A DNA stretch of 63,785 nt, filler included, from Phoronis australis (taxonomy: Eukaryota > Animalia > Phoronida), in assembly GCA_002633005.1 (NCBI GenBank). It is 5 parts of 5 records of this genome, joined end to end, with 100 filler letters (N's around TTAATTAATTAA, not from the genome) between each part and the next. Parts side by side here need not be neighbours in the genome. Positions count along the whole stretch, not along the records: positions 1 to 8,896 come from NMRA01000071.1; positions 8,997 to 23,009 come from NMRA01001567.1; 3 more parts are not named here. One strand, given 5' to 3'. This document shows positions 1 through 10,882 of the stretch, in pieces; position 1 is the first letter of the stretch; every line of letters starts with the position of its first letter. A model generated the notes under the pieces. The model was given only the letters and a program-made list of their open reading frames with translations, was not told where the DNA came from and ran no database searches. A program made the translations under genes and the position numbers.

Positions 1-912
1 TTTGGATTCCAAATTGAATTGTCTGTGCCAATCAGAACTGTGAATTTGAAGTGTCTAGCTCAAAATTTTAGTATGCCCCTAATGACCTTTGACCTGTTTA
101 ACCTGATTGGATGACCCAATTGCTTAGAAAAGTAATTTTTTAAATTGTCGTGTTGACTTATACCAGTGTGCTGAAATTGAAAAGATTTCCTTGAAAAACG
201 TAAGAGAGATAACATTTTGAACGTTACATGACCTTTGCACTAATTGACCTTATCCGGTGCATTTTAAGCATCTTTAGGTGAATTATTGCAAAGCCCATGG
301 AAAATGTGTTTAACGCTGAGAATCACAGTTGTCTAACGGTTGACACATCAGAATACTTGATGATTGAAAAGGTCAAATTTTCAGAAGAAAAATGCACCTA
401 ATGACCTCATGTTTGCACTAAATGACCTGAAACTTTGGATTCAGATTTGATTTACCTGTGGCAATCAGACCTGTCAATTTGAAGTGTCTAGCTCAAAATT
501 TTAGTTTGTACCTAATGACCTTTGACCTATTTCACCTGATTGGATGACCTGATTACTTAGAAAAGTAATTTTTTAAATTGTGATGTTGACTTATACCTGT
601 GCACTGAATTTGAAAAAGATAGCTTAAAAAATGAAGGAGGAGTAGCATTTTGAAAATTATATGACCTTTGCACCAAACGACCTCTTCCGGTGCAATATGG
701 AATATGATTATATAACCAATCAAAATTTATATACTGTCAAAATTCATATGCTGAATTTAAAGACCGTACCTGCACCCAATTTGGAGTTATTAAGCCTCAA
801 AGTTGGTCGGAAGAAGAATAAGAAGAAGAATAAGAAGAATAAGAATAAGAATAAGAATAAAATTGAAGAAAACCCAGGAACAACAGTACTCTGCGCTTAC
901 ACGCGCAGAGTA
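1..912 (+). mobile_element. HINE/pearl-like (Helentron-associated) non-autonomous element, 5' end outside window
   Basis: Diverged tandem unit of about 433 bp (TTTGGATTC...GAAGTGTCTAGCTCAAAATTTTAGT at 1 and at about 434), then an (AAGAAT)n microsatellite at 811-860 and a terminal hairpin TACTCTGCGC-ttacac-GCGCAGAGTA at 887-912. This tandem core, microsatellite, hairpin order is the known HINE layout. Confidence 0.6.
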
Positions 913-1340
913 ATAAGGTCTTTGAATAATTTTCAGTTGTACAGCAGTTGAAATTTAGCCTTGTCATCATTTTCAGTTGATAAGCGAGGAGATTCGATAC
1001 TGGAAAGAGTTTATATAATCATACAACTGTTGAAATTCGATTCCTGTTGTCCTACATGTCTCACGTCAGATTATTTGACGACGGTAGCAGCAGTAGTAGT
1101 AAGACATATTTATTCAAGATAAAACCATACTTTGTGTTACTTTACTGTTCTCTTACAGATAGGACAGACAATATCAGAAATTTGACTACCAAAATGGCAT
1201 TAGAAAAACATTGAATTAATGAGGAACATTTAACTAACGTTTTAGGTAGTAAAAGCCACATTTCTTGTCCAATTTTCAAAATTCAAAAACCTAATCACGT
1301 GTGCTTTTCACGAACTGTTCAAATTTGCTGTTTAAAAATT

Positions 1341-1698
1341 CTATTGTCGCTCCCAAGATGATCGAGTGCAAATTGCTCTACCTCACAAATGGGGTGGCAG
1401 AAAGTTGTCACCGCGGTGTCAATGTGGTCCCGCCGTGTCAGTCCCGTTTACAAACATACTTGTGCTGGAACATCTCGTTCCGTGTCAGCTGATCCACGTC
1501 AACTTTTGTAGTGTAAACGGCACTATTGACATGGAGCAAGATGATCGAACGCAAATTGCTCTACCTCACGAACCGGTGGCAAAAGGTGTCACCGCTGAGT
1601 CAATTTGCTCCTGTCAGTCCTGTTTACACACATGCTGTACTCTGCTGGAACATCTAGTTCCGTGTCAGCTGATCAGTGTCAACTTTTGTAGTGTAAAT
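1341..1698. repeat. Diverged tandem duplication, about 180-bp unit x2
   Basis: CAAGATGATCGA..GCAAATTGCTCTACCTCAC and GTTCCGTGTCAGCTGATC..GTCAACTTTTGTAGTGTAAA each occur twice about 180 bp apart. Confidence 0.85.
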
Positions 1699-3887
1699 AT
1701 CGATAATGTGGCAGTTCAAGTCAAGTTTCATGTTGAAGCAGGAACAGTTGTAAATTAGCATTAATTTGCATGTGATTTTTGCAAGTGGCCAGAAGTTATT
1801 CAGAAGTTGTACTACAACTGTGGTGCAATTGTGAAATAATTCCAATGCCTGGTTGAAATTCTATGTATCATTTTCGTGTGGAGACCACTGGGCCAAATCG
1901 CCCACTGCAGTGGCATTAGCATAACACTGGTATTCGAAAACTACTGGCCCTCCTGCGTGGGCAGACTTTTTAAAGAGATGTTATCAGTTTAACGGCCACT
2001 AGAAATGCATTTTGGAGATTATTCTTGTTTGAGATATATTTCTTGAAGTACTTTAACCAGAGGTATAAAACATCAAAATCGTTGTTTCTGTGACCAATTA
2101 TCATCATTATGTGCAAGACATTCGCTGAAATCATGGCTAGCGTCTGCCATTTAAATACCCTTAAAACACATTGCGACTTAGCGCGTGGGATTTGACTCAG
2201 CGTTTGACTGCAATTGCGAAATCGTGGGTTCGAGAGCTAATTTCTATTAAATTACTTTTCTCGCCAAGAATGCCCATTTAAAGAAAAAAGCTAAACTCAC
2301 CAAAACTAGTTCACCTGCTATTACACGATTATACTGTCTAACCTAACACATAAAACCGTAATTATATACCCAAGTACAGGCACATAGCGGATTTAATTAG
2401 CAGCTGTTTATGACGAACAAACTTAAGAATCCATTGTTTTCTTCACCGAGTTGGAGTTTGCTATAAAAGTACTATTTGATTTTGTTCTTATCTGCCCATG
2501 AAATCCTGGCATTGCGTAATCGGTTCATGGGTCCAGCGTGCGGCTGGATAAGAGCAATAAACTTACTTTAGTGTAAACGTTATAGCTCATTAATAAGACT
2601 AACAGCTAACCATGCAGTGTCATCTTTGATAGCAATTGTTTCGGGTCATATAAATATGCCATCACTTACCGTTCGCACTTATGTCCCACGAACAAAGAAA
2701 CAACAAATAGTTTTATACACAGTTAATGCAACGAATTCCTCGCCATTGAATCCATAGATATGTTTTACAATGCGTTTACACTCGTTTGTGACATGCTGTA
2801 AAACTACGAAACCAGGAGGTAAGAAGGTAAAAGCTATTAGATTGCACACACTAACTAATACTAATTCCACTTCGTCGAAGCTGTGGTGCCCAACAANCCT
2901 CCCCCTCTCCCGGTCGTCGTTGCTAATTTCGCAATGTTCACGACGTACAATTTCAGAGAAGCGTCTGAGGAGCAACATTTGGCGAAATCTACTGGAGAAG
3001 AAAATTTGATTACGACATCGATCTCCACAGATGATACAAGCCTTCGTGTTTGGACATCATCGGTTTTATCGAGAACTACACTGACATAAACACTGCAACC
3101 GAAACTTTTTGATAATGAAAACGCCGACGACAATGACGTTGACGTAGACGACCCCGCTACTCAAGTATCGGAGCTGCCAATCCCAACACCTGCCTGCAAT
3201 ATTACGACAGCAATGACACAGACGGTGCAAACTCACATTAGGTATACGACTCCAACAAAGGAAGCTCTAACCGCCCACCCAATGAATAGGCCTACTACGT
3301 CAACGTCGATGACGACTTAACCAATGCTACATATATCTGAGATTCGTCCCATAGACCCTATTCACGCCGACAGGAGGCGCGTTCCAAAACGAGGCTCGCT
3401 ACGATAGTTCTGGTGGCTCATCCGCGTAGTTGTACTCCGCGTTGCTCGAACAGCTAGAAAATACGAACACTCTGTTTTACAATCCCTAAGGACGTTGGGA
3501 TTCGGAAGCGTTTGGTCCTTGCCATACGCCGCGACGAAGGAAAATATGTCCGTGTAAAATTTATAACTGTTTTCGAATCATAATTTGTCGCATCTGGGAC
3601 TGGATGCTGCCATAGCAACGAGGACCGGAGAATCTTCGGCCAGCCAGGCTGTGTTTTCATGACTATGGGTTGAAGCGCGATGCATTTTTCTTTACAAAAA
3701 GGACAGGGCCCTCAATCCCTCAATTTTGGGGCCTGATATCGGCCCTATTCCCCTCTAAAAAATATTGAAAAGTCACGCGAAATTCCCGGCCACGAGGACT
3801 AAAAGTCCCCTTTGTGATTGAAAATTTCTCTCCAACGGTTCAAATCACCTGTGACCACAGAGGTGACAATTTGAAAAAGTACAAAAT

Positions 3888-4431
3888 CATAGGCGGATTT
3901 AGAGGGGGGCAGGGGCCCGACCCCTCCCCCCCCCCCCTTGACTGCCGCAAGCAAAATAAACCAGCAAAACGTGAAGCGGGAGGAAACTTGTACTGCAATT
4001 CGAGCTAAGACCGGTAGCGGACGAGGGGGAAAACACGTTTTATTTTTTTTAGTTCAACGACAGATTTCCTGAGCAGAAGGTACGCGACTTTACCGTATAC
4101 ATCCTCGGCGCCCGCAACTTCAGGGCCGCCTGCGTGCATACAATCGCGCTTTGCCTGCTTCTCCGAGGATGTCGGGCCCCCCCTCACTAGGCCTATATGG
4201 TATCCTAGATCAGCCACTGAAAATACTACTTGAGACAGAGCTATGAGAGCTTGCAAAAGGGCGGGGTGCTATTGATGGTGATCAGGAGGTCAGTAGAGTT
4301 TTCACTGACCCGTCACTCGGTGAAACGTTCCCCTCTCAGAAGGCCGCACACACGAGGCACCTTTCCCCTCGGATATGAACGAGGCCTCTGAAGAAACTGG
4401 GGCCCTTGGCTCCCCTCTAAATCCGCCACTG
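3888..4431. mobile_element. hAT-like MITE or composite of MITE pieces
   Basis: CATAGGCGGATTTAGAGGGG at 3888 is inverted to CCCCTCTAAATCCGCCACTG ending at 4431. No clean TSD. Related ends occur near 4200-4219, 37950-37966 and 55551-55727. Confidence 0.55.
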
Positions 4432-4859
4432 TCTTCTTTCCAGTTAACTGAAATTGAGCTCTAAAACGAGGTTATGTTTTGGACGAAAGAATTAGGTGTT
4501 TTAATTTTAAAATTCAACTTGGTCGAGATTGATATTTGAAAAAGACGTAATTATTAAAACCAAGAAAGCAGAATTGATGGTCATATAATTTTTATTTTCA
4601 ATTGCGAGCCTAGTTTTTTATCGTAATCAAAATATGTATTTAATAACATCAAGTATTATTTCAGATCAATGACAAATCAACTGTTAGTCCCGGTAGTGCT
4701 TACCTCACTAGGACCTAGGCTATGCTTGAAGCTAATAGGCCTACTCTTGATTAACAAATTAAACCAGATGAGACTAATTGCACATGACAGCAAAATGCTA
4801 TGAGCCACCACTGTCGAATATATCTTCAACTCGTCAACAATACGACCAGATGACCTGGT

Positions 4860-5250
4860 TCGTGTAGAAAGCATTTTTATCAAGAATTTGTTACAAGAAA
4901 CGTAACCCTGCATTCAGCATGATACCTAATCCGTAACACTACGATCGCCGCAATTTGGTCATGTTTACTTNAGTTCGAGTACACTCGAAAACTGAGTACG
5001 TGCTCGAAATTTCGAGTACAGATTTTTCGAGTATGACATTGAATACAGCAAAGCTGAGTCTGTACTCGAGTTGAGTATGAAGTGTGAGTTTGAGCATGAT
5101 TCGAGTCTGAGTACGGAGATTGGAGACCGGGCCCTGGCTCGTGTAGAAAGCATTTTTATCAAGAATTTATTAGAAGAAACGTAACCCTGCATTCAGTATG
5201 ATACCTAAACCGTAACACTACGATCGCCGCAATTTGGTCATGTTTACTTT
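4860..5250. repeat. About 110-bp direct duplication flanking a CTCGAG/GAGTAC-rich tract
   Basis: TCGTGTAGAAAGCATTTTTATCAAG...GGTCATGTTTACTT at 4860-4970 and about 5139-5249. The first copy ends exactly at the n at 4971. Confidence 0.8.
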
Positions 5251-8200
5251 TCATGTTTCGAACCTAGTTTTCCGGAAAAAATTATATCCTTTCGTCAGAC
5301 AATTCTTTGGTGCATTGACTTGTTCTTTAACTGTATTTTTCTACGTCTCTGCATGTGGTTAATTATTGACACATTTTTTAAGATTTAATATTCAGGTTGG
5401 ACCCCAAAGACCGGCCATTTAACTCACGCAATGTAAATTTCCGCTTTGTTTATCGCAGTGAGCCTCGCTTTGGATTTTAATGTCCGCCGCGTACGTGAAT
5501 AGAGTCTACATGTATAACAGGCCAGGTCCCCTCAGTCACAGGGTTCTTCTCTGAGGTCATTCCTCAGTGTATTATTTATTTCAACTTCCTCATGACATGA
5601 CAGCACCACTATTAGATTCCATTGCGCCTGTCAGTTTATGAAGGACTGAAGCTGCCATATGAATTTAAGCATCTGAGAGTACGGTCTAAATAATTAACCC
5701 GTGCTTGGACGCCGTGACCTTGTTATTACCCAAGTGGTGTGTCTTGGACAAAACTCATGTGGGCGACATCTGAAGTAGAAAGATAAGCAGCAGGGATCAT
5801 TTTGTCAATTGTCTCCAGCCATTAATGCTTTGATTTCCGGCTTACGCTTTGTGATGGGCAACAATTTCCATGCGACCAAAGATTTTATAGATACAGTATC
5901 TTTGATGCGACAGCGGTATTTCTGACCGACCTGTTTAATAAGATTCTTGCAGCTGTTCCCAATGTTGTCCATTCGCCATGTATCCATCGAAGTCACGCCA
6001 CTAACCAATCGGACGTAATAATCTCGTCAAGTAATATAAACATACTGCATGGGTAGCAGATATTTTCTGTTAGCTATGATGTGAGCGTCGGTGGATTTCG
6101 ATGCAAAATGGCTAAAATGTGTCATGGGCGTGGTGTAATGAGACGACAGATCGCTTAATTGAGTGCATTGGAATTTATTCTTTCTTTCAAAACACTGGCA
6201 AAACACAAGAAATATCGGGAAAATCCCTTCGGTGTATTCAAGCATGCCGGCGTCTACACGATCACTACTGAAAGTAAACATTGCCAATAGAAACTACTAG
6301 CTGAATGGTTGCACCAAAGTAAACGGGCCACTATCAAAGATTTGGTATGTTTACAAATTACCATTAAAATGCAGCAGGATACATAAATGTCCAGTTGGTA
6401 CGTATTGCCGCAAAAGGTACCCGCTCATCCAAAACCTTTACGACAAAGAGATGGCGATTCTCATCAATCACGTGTAATTTTATCGCTCAAATAAGACTGT
6501 CTGCCAGAGAATCTTGACCAAGCACCTTGACCTACATTCTGCTGCTGCTGACTGTAGCCACAGGTCACGAGAGTTCATGGACCAGACAGCTGTATGTCCT
6601 GATGAGTGGCGAATTTGTGTGGACAAGAAATCTTTGTGTCTGGCATTCCATATTTAAAACCCCTTTTGTAATACATGTAACTATTTATAACATATAATTA
6701 AGATGAAAGTGTTCAAATAATCTACGCTGTTGTGATTGCTCGGCCTAAACGCTGGGGTAAAATATATATTCAATGAACGTGACCATGGTGAGGCGACATA
6801 TAAGTTGGTCAAATAAACCCATTTTTGCTCTTCAATCGTCTAGTTTTTGAGCTAACTTATTGGTCAGTACTTGAACGTTCACCCTATAAACTCCATATAA
6901 TGAATCATTTCACCATGCCAAAATTAATCCTTTCGGTCAAAAATGCATGAAGAGCTTTGATAATTCACTTTTAGCTGTTACATAATTCCCCCATGCAGTG
7001 TTGACATTAAACATTCTGTCGGGTATTTTTCTGTCAGAAGTTTGTGCCAAACTAAACCTAAGTGTGTGAGGTGAAATTTATCTTACAATTTACAGCCTAG
7101 TACAATGTTGCAATCCTTTGTGAAGCATGAGCCTGGTTGTCACCACACCAGCTTTTAAGGTGGCTGACTAAACCGGGCCCGGCCACTTTTCGGCCCGGCG
7201 AGATTTTGGCAACTCAACAGCCATAATTTTAATTAGGTTGAAATATAACTACTACATTTTTTAAATTATGCTTGCATTATACATGGTGATATACATGTTA
7301 GGTTTTATTCTCTTGCGATATTTTCTTTTTCATTCAGTGTCTCGTTAGCCAACAACAGCCCAGCAGACCGGACTGGCCGTGGCACGGCAGCTGATGGTTC
7401 ACCAAGTAGAAACGTCTGTAATATTTTATATTCTATCAACACTTAGGCAAAAGAGAGTGGTTTCAACTTATATAGTATCTATTTAAGGTAGGTGTATACA
7501 CTGGTCAAATCTCCAGGTTCCTAACTGAAATGAGTAAAGGGGGAGTTTTAACTAGTTAGACATGACTCTGAAAGTGACAAAAATCGAAAAAAAGGGTTTT
7601 TTTCGTAGTTCGTTTTTTTTTTAAATCGTATTTTTTAATTTTCAAAAAATCCAATTTTACCTCGATTTTTTTCAAAATGCACAGGGATCATCATCAACTG
7701 TTTCCTTACGCAATATTCTACTTATCCATACCAAATACATGTACAAAATCATTATCATCTTGATTTTGTGGCATTTTTTGTGTGTGAGTTGGGGCAAGCA
7801 CGCCACTTTTTGTGATTTGGTCACTTTCCGTCTAATAACTAAAAATCTGGTCCATTTATCAAAAAACCCTGGCACGCGATATTACTTCAGTCCTAGAGGA
7901 TTTCAAATTTGCAAATTTCGTAAAAATTGACCTCGTGTTGTGGAAAAATAGGCCCGAGAATCTTGTCACTATCTGAAATCACGAGCCGAGAAAAACGGCT
8001 TTGAAGTTAAGCGGTCATCGATTGCCACTTGAGATCAAATTTCGTTCAGAATGCGTGGTCATTATGTTCCAATTTTTCTTGAAGTACTAGAAATAAAGCT
8101 GATATTTGCTTCATGTTTAGAAAATGTGACATACCTGCTTGTTTACAGCGTAATTTTAAGCACGACAGACGACCAAAACAAATATGGCTGTCACGTGGGC

Positions 8201-8896
8201 GGAGCTTACCGTTGATATATTGTCTGCTGTACCGGTGTGCCGACCACACATTAAAACCATGTGTTGATTGTTTATACGATTCATCTGAACTCTCCACTCA
8301 GTGTCACGGTAGTAAAAGACTCTCTAACTATATGACACATAGTATACCTATTTGTTAGTATTCCAATATTCTCATCAACCAATATATGTGTTATATCAAA
8401 TCGCCGCGTTAGTGTCTACATAACAATATTGGCGACGAGGATAAAGAACTACTTTCATAGAAATGGTTCAACATTTTTACGTGCCTGTACCGAATGGACT
8501 TTGGGATAAGAAAATATCACTTTCTGCGCAAATAGCGTCGCTTTGGTGAGATTCTCAAGTTACTAAAGTTTCTTATATTGCTTTCCTCTAAAATCTTGTA
8601 ATATCATGAGTTTTAATTCAGGGTTACGTTTGACTCTATGCACTAGAAAAATTTTGTTATGTTGAACACTGGGTCATTTGTCTAATTCTTTGGGTTACGG
8701 CCAGTGCCAAGTTAAAAAATCCTCTGGGTTTGACAGCCTAGTTTCTCCATGGCGCGTTCCCAGCACAGAAGCACGGTTTATCTGCGAAGACTCCACTCTG
8801 ACGGCATGTAGTTGTCCATGTGATAACTGTATTGGAATGTGTTTATATCCTGTCGTTGCATAATATGCTATCCTGTTGTTGTTTATGGTTTAGTGG

Positions 8897-8996
8897 NNNN
8901 NNNNNNNNNNNNNNNNNNNNNNNNNNNNNNNNNNNNNNNNTTAATTAATTAANNNNNNNNNNNNNNNNNNNNNNNNNNNNNNNNNNNNNNNNNNNN
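8897..8996. other. Artificial contig linker (six-frame stop spacer)
   Basis: 44 N + TTAATTAATTAA + 44 N. Confidence 0.97.
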
Positions 8997-9889
8997 ACAT
9001 GCATGTGTACGCACAGCTATGCAAATAAATACATGAACAGATTTTCGAAAGTTACGCAAACACACCTGTTCGTAGGGCCTGGACTCAAATTTGCAGAGCA
9101 TCCATTCTCAAACCAAATATCACTTCTTTTCATAAAGTATTGTAACACGGATATTCATGCGACCAATTACAATGCGTGCGCATTCAAACTACATTGTCAT
9201 TATTACGTGTGTCTCATCCAGTATACAAGGAATGTAGCCATGTCAATGAATGCTAATGCTGATCTTGTACTTAACTCTGTAATAATGCTTTCACTCAAAA
9301 CTGGTTCTCTCAGCTACTACCCTACTATAAGTGCTTCCTGTGTAAGGTAAAGCAATATTCAACATAACAAATTCTTACTAACTGCAACCTGCACGTGGTT
9401 CGAGGAAGGTCGTCTCTTTTCGTTTCTTTAACTCACGCAAGCATAGTACTGCTTGAGGATTTGAAACCTGGGATGCGTTTCGTACGTACAAAATTCTCGC
9501 GATTAAGTATGGTGTGGTCACGAGCTTTGGTTACAATGCATGGCGATATCTCGAGAAGTATTGCGTGATCTTGCGTCGTCGCCAGGTTTTCGCGTCTACG
9601 GAACACTGACCGAGCTTACTATCATTTCAACTGAATACGATGAGGACACCACACTAGTACAAATAATTCCAGGCATTCACCTTTCAACACGTGCATATTT
9701 GAAACTTTCTGAAATTCGATCAGTCCCTTTCTTGAGTCTAGTAAAATTGGTCTTTAACGAGATGATGTCCACCGATACATCTGGGACCTGGCCGTCTTTT
9801 GAAGAGAAAATTCGCTGCAGCTAAGTTCGCACTTTCAAAGAGTTCTATATAGATTCCAAGTGACATGAGTTCTTTAAGAAGCGGATTTA

Positions 9890-10882
9890 CTAAGTGTTCT
9901 GCCAAAAGCAAAGGAGTTTTTTGAAAGCCTTCCGGAAGTTTGTGCTGGAAAGTGCGTAAATGAGTGGATTAAGGGCACAGTTAATATGAATAGCCATGAC
10001 AAAGATGTCTCTGATAACTTGCAACAGCCAAGGGGATGTCGGTGCGATTGGACCGGTTGCGATTCTTAAGATTGAAATTGGTAAATAGCAGATTGTATAG
10101 ATGAGCAGAACACGAGACATGGTGCGAAGTGTGACATATTGTCGCTGAGCGTCTTCACTGATTTGAGCGCCTTGAGCGACAATTCTCCGCCGTTGTCTCC
10201 ACGCTGCAATAGCGGTGTAAATGTGCGTTGGGTATGTTACAGCCATGGGTATGTAAATACCAAACGCAAATGTAAATTTTGACATGCCAGGTCCAATGAG
10301 CGTCTCAAGATTACACTCCTGTCGGCTAGGAATAACGTAACCTAGGTGATATGTTGAAATAAACATCAACGGGACAAGCACCAAGACCGGATAAAAGAGT
10401 GCCCAGATCACCAGCATAGTACACACGCGCTTGGTCATCAGTGTTTTATATCGAAGGGGATGTAATATTGCTACGAATCGGTTAAATGCTACCACAGCCA
10501 ACATAGACAGAGTTACACCAAGAGTCCATTTCTGGAAGATCTCCTCGGCGTAGCATTCTATCACAGAGTTTCCAAACGGAGTTGTCCCGTTCGTGACTAT
10601 AGCGTATCTCTTCCAGACGTAGAGTGGGTTGTGAAAAGCCGCTCCGAGATCAGTCATGGCTAGTCCGAGTATAATAACATTACTCTCTTCGTCCTTAATA
10701 GCATAGAACTTGAAATACGAAATAACAACGAGAATATTGCCGAAGGTAACACAGACAAAAATAACAATTTCGATGATTATGTATAAAACCAAGAGGAACG
10801 GCGGTGCGACGGAGTCTGAAATTGACGCATTTGCCCCCAGTATGTCAAAATTGCTAACTGATTCATTTTCAATAGTCGACAT
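9890..10882 (-). CDS. Class A (rhodopsin-family) orphan GPCR, coding region in a single exon
   Basis: Seven hydrophobic segments with TM1 GN (FGNILVV), TM2 LAMTD, TM3 NRF followed by AILHPLRY, TM4 W, TM5 P, TM6 CYLP, TM7 NPLIY and helix 8 FRKAFKKLLC. N-terminal N-glycosylation sequons NES and NAS. First ATG at 10882; a possible acceptor CCAG lies just before 10918. Confidence 0.93.
   Translation of the reverse strand: MSTIENESVSNFDILGANASISDSVAPPFLLVLYIIIEIVIFVCVTFGNILVVISYFKFYAIKDEESNVIILGLAMTDLGAAFHNPLYVWKRYAIVTNGTTPFGNSVIECYAEEIFQKWTLGVTLSMLAVVAFNRFVAILHPLRYKTLMTKRVCTMLVIWALFYPVLVLVPLMFISTYHLGYVIPSRQECNLETLIGPGMSKFTFAFGIYIPMAVTYPTHIYTAIAAWRQRRRIVAQGAQISEDAQRQYVTLRTMSRVLLIYTICYLPISILRIATGPIAPTSPWLLQVIRDIFVMAIHINCALNPLIYALSSTNFRKAFKKLLCFWQNT

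Noticed and set aside
661-951. Lys/Asn-rich 96-aa ORF
   Set aside because: It is a translation of the AAGAAT microsatellite within a repeat element.
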